A stretch of DNA of 64,000 nt from a virus, in the IMG/VR virus record IMGVR_UViG_3300027815_000003, positions 1 through 64,000 of that record, one strand, 5' to 3'. Under the pieces are notes generated by a model. That model was not told the origin of the DNA. It ran no database searches and was given only the letters and a program-made list of their open reading frames with translations. Below are positions 1 to 10,488 of this stretch, in pieces (position 1 is the stretch's first letter; every line of letters begins with the position of its first letter). Both the position numbers and the translations under genes were made by a program.

Positions 1-80
1 GCTGTTGCAGACAAGCACCCTTTTCCTTTAAGTCATTTACCGTGATTCTCATTTGTTTTCTCCTGTTTTGTGATTAACCT

Positions 81-125
81 AGTTTAGCACAGCCCAAACT
101 AAAGTACAATACGTAAAACTACGTA
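81..125 (-). promoter_or_regulatory. sigma70-like promoter with upstream TACGTA dyad
   Basis: Minus strand: TACGTA-N4-TACGTA, then TTGTAC-N17-TAAACT. Confidence 0.75.
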
Positions 126-247
126 TTTTTCTTCTTTTTTGTTTTTTGTGAATACAAACAAATACGACATAATCCATTCATTTGAAAAGAATCTGGAGGC
201 ATTGGTTTCCTACATTTTACACATCTTATTAATTTTGTCATATTTTA

Positions 248-562
248 TTATTCTATATCCATTAACAAAAGATTTGTTTTCAAATACGGTTCAATAATCT
301 TTTTAGCCTCACAATATATTTCTTCATCACTAAAAAGACCATTATGGATAATACATATTTCCCCATTAGTTAAATTAATATTTTGGACTCCAGGAAGTTT
401 ATTTATTTTTTCAGCCAATTCAAATTGCCAATTTGATATTTTTTCTTGACTACTTAATCTAGATAAAAATACGCCCTTTACATAAAATGGGTGTACTAAA
501 ATTATAATACAATTATCTCTTATCTTTTTATCCTGACGTACAATAACTTGATTGGTGTCCAA
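248..562 (-). CDS. hypothetical protein
   Basis: 104-aa ORF on the dominant strand, downstream of a motif promoter at 598-642. Confidence 0.6.
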   Translation of the reverse strand: MDTNQVIVRQDKKIRDNCIIILVHPFYVKGVFLSRLSSQEKISNWQFELAEKINKLPGVQNINLTNGEICIIHNGLFSDEEIYCEAKKIIEPYLKTNLLLMDIE

Positions 563-597
563 ATTTTTTTCCCTTTCTTTTTGATTTAATACTTCCT

Positions 598-642
598 ATT
601 TTACTCTAAACTGGACTAAAAGTTAATACGTAGTTTTACTTA
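598..642 (-). promoter_or_regulatory. promoter with TACGTA dyad (degenerate -35)
   Basis: TAAGTA-N4-TACGTA-TTAACT-N17-TAAAAT. Confidence 0.55.
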
Positions 643-924
643 TTTATTATTTACACAGGCCAATTATCTAAAGTTTCTTTTGTTATTTCACAAGGCCAAC
701 AATTTTTTATTCTCAAAGATAGTCTTTCTATTAGTTGTTGTTTATTCCAGAAACCATCATGCCCATTTAATTCCATTATAGCATAAATATTTCCTGTAGA
801 ATCAAATTTCTGATATCGTATAAATCTAATATTTTCTATTTTTACACCTACAGTATGGTATATTTTCTCTTATTTAGAATAATCCAAGCCATATCAACGT
901 GGAGGTAAGAGAATTACACGGCAC

Positions 925-960
925 TCCACCAGGCTGGAATCGAACCAGCGATCACGAATT
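925..960 (-). pseudogene. 3' half of a split tRNA (no encoded CCA)
   Basis: Minus: AATTCGTGATC-GCTGG TTCGATT CCAGC-CTGGTGG-A. The acceptor strand CTGGTGG pairs 7/7 with CCACCAG at 2063-2069. Confidence 0.75.
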
Positions 961-966
961 TATTTT

Positions 967-993
967 TGGTGGGCCTGATTGGATTCAAACCTT
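967..993 (-). pseudogene. 3' fragment of a tRNA (Ile-like acceptor end)
   Basis: Minus: GG-TTTGAAT-CC-AAT-CAGGCCC-A-CCA; no matching 5' half adjacent. Confidence 0.65.
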
Positions 994-1161
994 ATCTTAT
1001 CATATTTAATAGTTAATTGCAATACGTAAAATTACTTATTTTCTAAAACTCATTTATAGTTCATTTTTCAGATATAAAAATAATTGTCTAAAAATGACAC
1101 GAAATCAAAAAATATGATATAATATAACTAATAAGTTCAAATCTTATTAAGGAGAATAAAA

Positions 1162-1872
1162 ATGGGAAAAACAAATGAGGAACTATTACAAATTATTATA
1201 AATTATTATAACGAATTTGGTAAACCACCTAGTAGTAAATGGAATATATCATTAACAAAAACATTAAAACAAAGACTAAATTATTCATGGGAAGATATTC
1301 TCAATTCTATAGGATTACAAACATTAAAACAAATTAATAAAAAGAATAATGAATTAAAATTTGGGTTAAAATTATGTATAGTCTGCAAAAAAGAAACAAA
1401 TAACCCTAAATTTTGTTCACATTCATGTTCTGCTATTTATAATAATACTGGCAAAATATCACATAATAAAAAAATAATAAAGAATTGTTTAAATTGCGAT
1501 ATTTTACTATTACATAATCCTAAATTTTGTTCAATAAAATGTCAACATCTATATGCAAAAAAACAATTTATAAAAAAATGGTTAAATGGAGAAATAACAG
1601 GTACTATAAAAAATAAATGTTCATCTATAATTAGAGATTATTTATTTGAACAAAATAATAACAAATGTGGTGAATGTGGATGGGCTAAGATTAATAAAAC
1701 TTCTGGTAAAATTCCTTTACAAGTAGATCATATTGACGGTAATTGGACAAATAATAAACCAAAAAATTTAAGATTACTTTGTCCTAATTGTCATTCATTA
1801 ACTCCCACATATGGTGCATTAAATAAAAGAATTGATAAAAATAGGACAAAAGGCCAAAGAAAGAAATGGTAG
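1162..1872 (+). CDS. HNH homing endonuclease with Cys-rich N-terminus, antisense to tRNA genes
   Basis: CxxC clusters; LQVDHIDGNWTNN...LRLLCPNCHS HNH motif; AAGGAG SD; own promoter (ATGACA-N18-TATAAT). Confidence 0.9.
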   Translation: MGKTNEELLQIIINYYNEFGKPPSSKWNISLTKTLKQRLNYSWEDILNSIGLQTLKQINKKNNELKFGLKLCIVCKKETNNPKFCSHSCSAIYNNTGKISHNKKIIKNCLNCDILLLHNPKFCSIKCQHLYAKKQFIKKWLNGEITGTIKNKCSSIIRDYLFEQNNNKCGECGWAKINKTSGKIPLQVDHIDGNWTNNKPKNLRLLCPNCHSLTPTYGALNKRIDKNRTKGQRKKW

Positions 1873-1959
1873 GGAGTGTAGGAATCAAACCTACGTTTTG
1901 GATTTATCAGATCCTAGCCTGGTTATAAAACAGGTGTCCTTTCACTGAACGAACTCCCC
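1867..1959 (-). tRNA. tRNA with UAU anticodon and long variable arm (Leu-like body)
   Basis: GGGGAGT/ACTCCCT-A-CCA acceptor; D arm GTTC/GGAC; anticodon arm CCTGT-TTTATAA-CCAGG (one mismatch); long V arm; T arm GTAGG-TTTGATT-CCTAC. Confidence 0.8.
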
Positions 1960-1984
1960 ATATAATGTGATATTTATTCTTCTA

Positions 1985-2040
1985 CTGAACTAATCTTGCA
2001 CGGATAAGAGAATCCTATTCTTTCGTTGAATTAACGTTCC
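1985..2040 (-). pseudogene. degenerate tRNA-like 5' segment
   Basis: TA-ATTC-AACGAAA-GAAT D-arm-like hairpin followed by CCGTGCAA; similar segment at 4030-4068. Confidence 0.4.
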
Positions 2041-2069
2041 TCGCGCTACTACCACTGAGCTACTGGTGG
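2039..2069 (-). pseudogene. 5' half of the split tRNA
   Basis: CCACCAG-TA-GCTCAGTGGTAGTAGC-GCGAGG; acceptor and anticodon-stem strands complement 925-960. Confidence 0.75.
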
Positions 2070-2106
2070 TAGTATTGGATATTTTATATACCATATATTG
2101 TGATAT

Positions 2107-3036
2107 TTACTTTATATTATTTAGATTTTCATTAGCCTCTCTACAATATCTTCCTATCCTTTCAATTGCTAGTTCATTAGCAATCGTTTTTACAGCATAA
2201 CTTTGAGATAATGCCAATTCTACTTCACAACTAACTTTTGAGAGTAATGTTCTTAATTGATATTCTAATTGTTCGGCTTTAGTTAATTTTACCATTTTTA
2301 TTCTCTCTCTCTTTATAATGATACAGTTTCTCTTATTTGGATCCATCCATTAGGCCCGACACGATAAACTACACCATTTTGATTATTTTTATCTATAAGT
2401 TTCCGATATTCTTCTTTTTCTTTCCGTACAAATAACGGGGCATTACTATATGAATAATAATCATATCTCTCTTTATCAATGAAAGAATGTGGTGGATTTA
2501 TTTCCCAGGATGTATTTTTTCGATATCCATAAATCCAATCTGAATCTTCTCTAAAACAATAAACCTCTGGTGAATAATGAGAATAATCACGCCAGATAAA
2601 AACATTTCTTATCAGTAACGATATTAGGTTATCTGGATGCCTAACAACAAGATATCCATTTTTAGTTTTACCCAAATATTCTACCATTTCTCCATCATAC
2701 TCTACTCTATCACCGATATTAATGCTCATTTTTATCACTTTCTTTATGTTATGTTATTAGACAAGTTCACCTGCGTTAGTATATCAGAATCAGTCTTTGT
2801 TGTCTATACGTAATTCTACGTAGGTTTTAGTTTGGTAATTCTGGTACATCTATTGCCATAAACCAACCATTACCTCTTTCAGATTCCCACATAAATACGC
2901 CTTCGCAAACTAAAATAAAACCATTTTTAATTTCTGAAGTTCTTACAAAATAAAGTTTATCATCTTTATCTTGTTTAAATCTCTTCCCATAAAACCAATA
3001 AAGTCCTGGTGTTTTTGGAAGTTCTTTCGTCCACAT
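2107..3036 (-). other. three small hypothetical CDS (2107-2346, 2313-2738, 2827-3036)
   Basis: Closely packed minus-strand ORFs from the ORF track; no recognisable motifs. Confidence 0.55.
2778..2822 (-). promoter_or_regulatory. promoter with TACGTA dyad
   Basis: TACGTA-GAAT-TACGTA-TAGACA-N17-TATACT. Confidence 0.85.
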
Positions 3037-3069
3037 TTTTGTTTATTGTCTCATTTCTTTTTTAATTTT

Positions 3070-3149
3070 TGGTAGCCTGTAAGGGATTTAGACCCTTGAA
3101 TCTTCACTTTGAAAGAGTGATGTCCTAAATCAGACTAGACGAACAGGCC
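3070..3149 (-). tRNA. tRNA-Glu(UUC)
   Basis: GGCCTGT/ACAGGCT-A-CCA; TCACT-CTTTCAA-AGTGA; atypical T loop TCTAAAT. Confidence 0.85.
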
Positions 3150-3155
3150 ATATTT

Positions 3156-3200
3156 AGTTTAGCACAATTGAACATGAAAATCAATACGTAAAAATACTTA
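3156..3200 (-). promoter_or_regulatory. motif promoter positioned to drive tRNA-Glu
   Basis: TAAGTA-N4-TACGTA-TTGATT-N17-TAAACT ending 7 nt upstream of the tRNA. Confidence 0.7.
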
Positions 3201-3234
3201 TCTTTTGGTGTTACTGGTTATAGTTGAAAAACAT

Positions 3235-3263
3235 TTGACAAAAAATCAAAAGTATGATATAAT
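3235..3263 (+). promoter_or_regulatory. consensus sigma70 promoter of the second HNH gene
   Basis: TTGACA-N17-TATAAT with extended TG. Confidence 0.85.
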
Positions 3264-3291
3264 ATATTTAAATAATAAAGGAGTTACCAAA

Positions 3292-3945
3292 ATGAAAGAA
3301 AAAATCCCTAATTGTATTTGTTCAAATTGTCATAAGGAATTTTATAAGAAACCAGTAGAAATTAAACGTTATAAAAATCATTTTTGTTGTAAAGAATGTG
3401 TTAATGTTTTTTACAAGCCACAATTAAGATATTGTATCAATTGTCATAAATTATTAATTAAAGCACAAAAGAAATTTTGTTCTACCTCCTGTGCTGCTAT
3501 AATAAATGGTCATCTTTATCCTAAAAGAAAAAAAATAAAAGAAACAAAATTATGTATAAGCTGTAATAAAATTTTAAATAAAGGTAAAAAATATTGTTCC
3601 AATAAATGCAGATGGGAAAAAAGAAATATAAAACTCATTAATGACTGGTTAGGTAATTTATTTGAAGGGGGTGATAAAACAAATGGTTTAGTAAATCATA
3701 TTATACGTCGTTATCTCTTACAACAAAATAATTATAAATGTTCAAAATGTGAATGGGGAGAAACAAACATTTATTCTAACACAATCCCATTAGAGGTTGA
3801 TCATATTGACGGAGATTGGAGAAACAATAGACCAGAAAATTTAAGGGTTCTTTGCCCTAATTGTCATGCATTAACTCCTACCTATAAAGCTCTAAATAAA
3901 ACTAATTTTGGAAGACCGATTAAAACAGATAGAAAGAAATGGTAA
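3292..3945 (+). CDS. HNH homing endonuclease (paralog of 1162-1872)
   Basis: LEVDHIDGDWRNN...LRVLCPNCHA; start moved to ATG 3292 (MKEKIP) after AAGGAG SD; ends RKKW like its paralog. Confidence 0.9.
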   Translation: MKEKIPNCICSNCHKEFYKKPVEIKRYKNHFCCKECVNVFYKPQLRYCINCHKLLIKAQKKFCSTSCAAIINGHLYPKRKKIKETKLCISCNKILNKGKKYCSNKCRWEKRNIKLINDWLGNLFEGGDKTNGLVNHIIRRYLLQQNNYKCSKCEWGETNIYSNTIPLEVDHIDGDWRNNRPENLRVLCPNCHALTPTYKALNKTNFGRPIKTDRKKW

Positions 3946-4022
3946 TGGTGAAAATGGCGGGGTACGATCCCGCAGTACCCTGTTTAAAAGACAGGTGCTT
4001 TATCCATTTAAGCTACATTTTC
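3946..4022 (-). tRNA. tRNA-Lys(UUU)
   Basis: GAAAATG/CATTTTC-A-CCA; CCTGT-CTTTTAA-ACAGG; T loop ATCGTAC. Confidence 0.88.
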
Positions 4023-4029
4023 ACGAAGT

Positions 4030-4068
4030 CCGTTGCACGGCTACTCTATCGTTGAGTTAGCGGCCCGT
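4030..4068 (-). pseudogene. truncated tRNA-like 5' segment
   Basis: GGGCCGC-TA-ACTC-AACGATA-GAGT-A-GCCGTGCAACGG; no T arm or 3' acceptor strand. Confidence 0.5.
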
Positions 4069-4083
4069 AAATCTCTACTATCT

Positions 4084-4118
4084 AGTTTATCACAGTCTGT
4101 CTTTGTTGTCTATACGTA
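4084..4118 (-). promoter_or_regulatory. motif promoter (single TACGTA)
   Basis: TACGTA-TAGACA-N17-TAAACT. Confidence 0.75.
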
Positions 4119-4147
4119 AACGATCCGTTTCGGATACGCAAAATTAC

Positions 4148-6591
4148 TTATTTACAAGGAACTATATCGCCTAAAGTTATTACATGATGATTACTATACG
4201 TATAATTATCAATTGCTTCATAACATTTATCAGAAATTGGGCTTTTAATAATTTTCCAATCACCATTAGTTTCTCGGACATTAATATCTGGGCCGCAAGA
4301 AACTAAAAATAGTAAAATAACCGATAGCAAAAATAACTTTATATCTATTCTTCTACTTTTTCTATTTCCCATATCGCTGCCCAAAACCATAACCAGTTAA
4401 AATATTTTTTGAATCTGTTGTTATCTAGTATTTATATTGTCCTACAGGAGTTACCTCTTTACAATAATTATGTATTATTAAGGTCGGAGGATCTATGTTA
4501 ACTATTACCCCGTACCCCTTTTTATTTACTACATGACTACGCATATTTATTCCACAAGAACAATAAAATCCACCTTCACCATCACAAACATTATATTTTA
4601 CTTTATCCCCAATTTTAGGTTCCCAAGAAATATTTTCTGGTTGCCAAATTTCTGGATTTTCCTCTTGTGTAATTGGCAAATAATTATTATTTTGCATTAT
4701 CATTATCTCCCATTAAAATTATTGCTATCCCCAAAAAAAAGAAAACACCATGAAAGGCAAGATTGGCAATACTATAATGAATAATATTACAGTCTAGATA
4801 CCATCCAGGAATTCCAAATAGGATAAATATTGTCCCTATAATGTATTTACCAAGTTTCATTTTATTATTATCCTTTATATTGTGCTATTAGTATATCACT
4901 ATCAGTCTTTGTTGTCTATACGTAAAACTACTCAAAAAACCAACTATTTTTTGGTTTATTTTTTTGCATCCATTCTTCGCAATAAGAATGATCATTTCTA
5001 TTACATTTTTGGGAAGAAAAATATACAATTAAAGAGGCAATTAGATTGAGTATCCCACCAATAATGAAAACCCTTGAAATATATTCACAATTATCTGCAC
5101 TTAAATGTTCCTTTTTAAAAGATTTTATTATAATTTTACCACTAATCCACCCACAAATAAACCACAAAGTAATTATCCCTATTATTAGCATTTTTTATCC
5201 TTTCATAAACATAGGTGATTTTATATCTATCCCATCAATATCATAAAAATCAATTTTTATGATAAGCGTATCACTAAATTGCTCCGATAATTTATTTTGT
5301 GCATTTCTTATTGCTTCTTGATGATAAGCACCAAACGCACCAACAGAAATTAATGTATTTTTATCTTTTTGTATCTGATATTCAAACCAACATTGCTTTT
5401 TATCATTTGTCCAAAAAGAAATATATCTTATAATTTTCATTTTCTAAATAAGTATTCCAGCTTTCTTTCTATATTGGGATAATGCTGTTCTCATTTTAAG
5501 AATTTTTGTAATATAAGTTTTATTCATTTTAATATTCCCCGCATCTATGATAATTTTCTGTACTTTCGTCAATTACTATTTCTGAACGACAAAAATTACA
5601 AGAAGTTGTAAGAGATTTAGATAATAGCGTACTACAATTTGTACAACTATACGCTGAAATATAAATACTGTTTTTATCACCAGAATTTTCTCTATGACAT
5701 TTATCACATTCTATTGTATACTTAAAGTTCATATTATTTTACTTTCTAGGTTTATGAATATTCTTTTTCTTTTTAGCTTCTAGTTCTTCTTTTTGCCGTT
5801 GTCTGAATTGTTTTCTATCTTCCAATAAAATCAACCCATAGATATTTGCTTCTTGTTCTGTAGTAAATATTTTACTCTCGTAATAAATATTACCAGATCC
5901 AATCCCAGTTTCCTTACACATATATTCTACTTTATCTTCACTACTGGCAGTATCAATCCTAATAGAACCAATAGTTAGCCGACTAACATCAACAGTTGGA
6001 TTTTCATAATCATTAATAAATCCAGTTGAAAGGAAACCGCTCATACAGGTTTGACACTGTACTTTAAATACTTCGCCTGCTGGAGTTTTTACTTCCCATG
6101 TTTTAAATTCCAAACAATCTGGACAAGGTATCCTCTTTGCTTTGTCGGAAATATATGGATAAAATACTATTTGACCTATTGAATATTTTGGATTAGGTAA
6201 CATCTTCTTTCAAATCCCTTTCATTTATTGTTTCTTTAACCCAATTTTTTGGTAATGATTCTAACAATTGTACCCTTTGTTCAAATTGTCTTTCTTTATG
6301 ACACCATAATTTATTTGTATAGTTATATGGAGACCAAACAGACAAAACTATACCCTCTTTTCCTAGAATAGTCAGAGATAAAGCTAGTCCATTACCATCC
6401 CCTTCTCTAATTGCTTCTTCTAATAATTCTAAACTAATAAAGTATTTTTCATCTTTAGCTCTAAACGACCAAGCATATTCATCATCGCACCAATCCATTA
6501 TTTCTTCTGTATTATCTAAAGTGCTTCTAAATTTATTTAGAACTGCAATAAACCGCAGTTCATATTTTTCTTTAATTTGTTCTACGTCCAT
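4148..6591 (-). other. block of small hypothetical CDS (4148-4390 lipoprotein-like, 4425-4703, 4928-5191 membrane, 5195-5440, 5529-5732 and 5739-6203 Cys-rich, 6193-6591)
   Basis: Contiguous minus-strand ORFs; FLVSC lipobox-like motif in the first; CxxC pairs in two. Confidence 0.55.
4890..4930 (-). promoter_or_regulatory. motif promoter
   Basis: TACGTA-TAGACA-N17-TATACT. Confidence 0.8.
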
Positions 6592-6592
6592 T

Positions 6593-7351
6593 TTATATTC
6601 CTAATCTTATCTTTGCTATATTATAAAATTGCTCATTTTTCTCTATTCCAATAAATTTACGTCCCGTTTCTTTTGCTGCTAATAGAGTTGTCCCAGATCC
6701 AGCGACATTATCTAAAACAATATCACCCTCATTTGAATATGTTAAACAAAGATATTTTAAAAGGGCTAAAGGCTTCTGTGTACTATGTAATTTTTCTTTA
6801 TCAGCAGCAAACCTTAAAACAGATTTAGGATAACGTTTACCATCAGATACAGTAGTATGATGTAAATCTTTTACTTCACCATAATCCATACTATCACCAC
6901 GCCTAGTCATGGTATATGGTTTTCCCTCTTCAAATTGTGGATGATAAACTGGCAATTTCTTATAGAATACAAGAATTTGTTCATGGCTTCTTAATGGCAT
7001 TCTATTGGCATTTAAGAAGCCAGTAGCTAATGGTTTTTCCCAGATTAAATCATAACGAAATAATTTAGGATTACTGTTATAAAGTTCTGCTGAAAATGGA
7101 AACGTAGCATTAAGAATAATAGCACCATTATCTTTAATGATGCGTTCATATTGTTTCCACAATAGTTCTAGATCAATTTCCACATCCCATACCGATCTTT
7201 TGTTTAATACACCTTAACCGTAGGGCAGGTCGCAACAAATCATATCTATAGATTTATCTTCTATATGATTCATAGCAACCAGACAATCTGCATTAATAAT
7301 ATTATTTATCAATTTAGTATTATCTTGCCCTACTAAAATTTCTCCTTTCAT
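6593..7351 (-). pseudogene. beta-class N6-adenine/N4-cytosine DNA methyltransferase interrupted by an in-frame TAA
   Basis: ...DMICCDLPYG*GVLNKRSVWDVEIDLELLWKQYERII...HSTQKP...DNVAGSGTT; TAA at 7214-7216 directly after the catalytic DLPY motif. Confidence 0.85.
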
Positions 7352-7364
7352 ATTTTTTATTATA

Positions 7365-8126
7365 TCATTCATCAATAAATAAATCTCCTTTCAAATTAGC
7401 CTCTATTTTAAATTTTCTCCATTCTTTATCGTTCATAGAAGATTTTGATTTATTCTCAAACCAAGTTAAAAACCTAAGATTGTCTATATTATCTGTACCT
7501 CCGTTTTTTTTACTTATCTTATGGTCTATTGATGGTTGATACCAAATATTTTTATTTTTTAAAAGCCATAAATTATAAATTCTATTAAATTGCTCATCAA
7601 AATAAAATTTATCTAAAAATTGTAGATACCATTCTGTGTTTACATTATATCTTTTATTCCCATTATCATTTCTCGGAGAAATAGTATGATTTAAACACAT
7701 TAATTTTTCTGTATCTTTAAATCTAGATATATCACTTAAGGAAATATTAAATCTAGAATGAGAAATTAAATTCTTTCTTCTGTTTTCGTCAATATTACAC
7801 CAACTTAATCTTTTTATCTTTATCTTATTTTTGTGGTCTTCGGTTAAATGTTTATTTTTATCCCAGGGTATTCTTCCCAATCCAGCTAAACTAATTTTCT
7901 TTTTTGTTTCTTCTGTATGTGGTTTTTGTTTTTCTTTTTTAGGTTTTATTTTCCCCTTATGTTTTCGTAAAGAATCTATTTTGACATTATTTCTTTTTAA
8001 AATTCTTTCGATAAAATGATGATTGGTTTTAAATAAACCAGATATTTGTCTCAAAGAAAAATTTTCTTCCAAATATAATCTTATAATTTCTAATATTTCT
8101 ACCTCTGTAAATATTTTTTGTCCCAT
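7365..8126 (-). CDS. HNH homing endonuclease with NUMOD3-like motif
   Basis: HTEETKKKIS; SIDHKISKKNGGTDNIDNLRFLTWFEN; probable start MGQK, ORF track start 8162. Confidence 0.85.
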   Translation of the reverse strand: MGQKIFTEVEILEIIRLYLEENFSLRQISGLFKTNHHFIERILKRNNVKIDSLRKHKGKIKPKKEKQKPHTEETKKKISLAGLGRIPWDKNKHLTEDHKNKIKIKRLSWCNIDENRRKNLISHSRFNISLSDISRFKDTEKLMCLNHTISPRNDNGNKRYNVNTEWYLQFLDKFYFDEQFNRIYNLWLLKNKNIWYQPSIDHKISKKNGGTDNIDNLRFLTWFENKSKSSMNDKEWRKFKIEANLKGDLFIDE

Positions 8127-8202
8127 TTTATTCTCCCTGTATAATAATTTATACAAGGACATTATAACATATAAATGGGATATTGTAAATGTTTTTGTTT
8201 TT

Positions 8203-8293
8203 TAAAATAATAAATCTGCAAGAATGAGATTTATAGATTTATCTTCTATATCTTTCATTACTTCTAAACAATCACCTAAAATAAGAGAATTTG
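8203..8293 (-). pseudogene. orphan N-terminal fragment of a DNA methyltransferase
   Basis: VIEPNSLILGDCLEVMKDIEDKSINLILADL-LF*; ends exactly before the PY of the catalytic motif. Confidence 0.75.
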
Positions 8294-9007
8294 GCTCAAT
8301 CACTTTACTTTTTTACAACCCAACGCAAAACTTGTGATGTATGAAATAAATTTGATACGACAAGATATAATAGAATTGCATTCCAGTATGATAATGTCGG
8401 AAAAGATAAACTCATATTATCGACAAAAGCGCCCCAACAAACCATTATACCCCAAGCCCTTGAAAAAAAACTTAGTATATTTAAACTATATGTCCAATGT
8501 GGTTCAATTTGCATTTTTATTCTCTTTCTGTATTATCAGTTCTTTATAATGTTTGGAATAATTTACACTTTGATGTTCATGGCTTTTACCATCATTATTT
8601 TGTGTGTGTTCATGTAAATTAACATGAGAATGATCTACCCATAAACCATTATGACCTGGTAATTGTGCGCTATGTTTATGCGAATGAAAATGTTTATAAT
8701 CCATTTGTCTTCCTTTCTTTTCAGGTAAACCATTCCAACCCAGAGAGCCATCCTGGGAGAGGTTTTTTATTGCTTCTGTTTTATTCTTAGCCCACTTGCT
8801 CATTAAGGCAGGTAAGATACATCTTGCGAACCTAAGTTACTAACGACTAGAAGTTGTAAAAGTTACATTACGCCCACAACCCCGACACTTACCCTTTGGC
8901 ATACCAGTATTTTCATCCTTGTTTACTTGTCCCACTGGTGTGGCACGGCAACAATAAGAGACTAGCTTCATCATGTTTTTTATTTTTCCTTTCTGTAAGA
9001 TGTTGGT

Positions 9008-9052
9008 AGTATAACACACGAGGACTTGATTGTCTATACGTAATTTTACTTA
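9008..9052 (-). promoter_or_regulatory. motif promoter
   Basis: TAAGTA-N4-TACGTA-TAGACA-N17-TATACT. Confidence 0.85.
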
Positions 9053-9471
9053 TATATATACTAAATATTGTTCATTCATAAAAAATGAAGCATAATAACA
9101 ATCTAATGGTGTTTTTAGTAAGAGAAATTTTACACCACGATATTCCATTTCATCAATTACTTCAAACTGTTTTTTTGGCGTATGACTCCCAAATAAAATA
9201 TGGGAGGGTATCATAATTTATAATTCTTACCATTTTCTTTTTTGGTGTTGAATGCCTACAATTATATGTATCAAAAAGATTACAATATCCACACCATTTT
9301 TTTGTTACCCCATTTATTATATTAGAACAAAAAATATTACCTTCTTTTTGATGTCCTACCATTTGTGTACAGCCGAATTTACCATCGGGAGAAATAACAC
9401 CACATCTTCCATCATGGTAATTATACATTTTTATTCTCTCTTTCTTTCCCTATCTAAAATCCATTGACATT

Positions 9472-9516
9472 AGTTTATCATAGTCAGACTTGATTGTCTA
9501 TACGTAAAATTACGGA
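9472..9516 (-). promoter_or_regulatory. motif promoter
   Basis: TCCGTA-N4-TACGTA-TAGACA-N17-TAAACT. Confidence 0.8.
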
Positions 9517-10488
9517 TAAATTAGTTTCTTTAACTCTTCCTGTGATATTTTATTTATTGTTTTATTCCCGATTAAAATAATTCCCTCTACATGATAGTCA
9601 TATTTAGAGACCACAGAATAAAGAGCTTCTTTTAGTTTATCTAATTGTTCTTCACCCAATATATCTTTTGATTTTATTACTATAATATCCCCTTCTTGCG
9701 GGGATAATTTTTCTATTTCTAATTGTAAATCTATCATATTCTTTATTGTGGATATACCACATATCCTCTTCCTAAAGTATCAAATAGTAATTTACCAGTA
9801 GTCGCCCTAATTACATCTACCATTTCGTCAAAATCATCACACTCTACGCAAGGGCCAATATAACCATATCTGCCATGATATTCTTCTACTGTAAAATCAG
9901 CCTCCTCACACTCTTCTTCAAATTGTTGATAACGTTTTTCTTTATCCATTTTATTCTCCTTAAAAAATATTCTTATTATTATATAACCATATTGAGATAA
10001 CAACACCCAAAATACAGAACAAAACACCAATAAAACCAAATAAAACAGTTGACGCATCCACACCAAAAGTAGCCATTGGTAAAAACGTAATAGATGAAAC
10101 TATTGCAGTTATTAAAAAGATTATAATACTAGGCATAATTTTATTCATTTTCTTTTCCTCTCTTTATTTTTTCTGACTTTTCTATAATAATTTTATTAAG
10201 TAGCCTGCTACTTTTACCAGATACTTTCATCTTGTTTTTTTTATTTAGTTTTTTATCTCGTCGTTCCCATTTTTCAGACATATTATTTATTTTTCTCTAA
10301 AATTTTTTGACAACTCAAACATTTAGAAAATCCTTTATCATTATTTGAAATTTTTATTCCTTCGCCAATCATAATACCGCATAAAGTTTCTCCCAATATA
10401 GATATAGGAGAAATAAATTTACAATAATGTTCTTTTACACCTATTTGACGCCCACGTTTACCTTTTAGAATATACCAACCATTTTTAT

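Noticed and set aside
961-2038. Group I intron as the insert in the split tRNA
   Set aside because: The ORF is antisense, the insert contains tRNA pieces, and no P7/omega-G core was recognisable; needs a covariance-model search
7214-7216. Stop-codon reassignment to explain the in-frame TAA
   Set aside because: TAA, TAG and TGA all terminate long intact genes here and no suppressor tRNA was found
8504-8803. His-rich 99-aa protein as a relative of the polyprotein tag
   Set aside because: Lacks the HP(V/I)xV and HPDG/HDGW pattern
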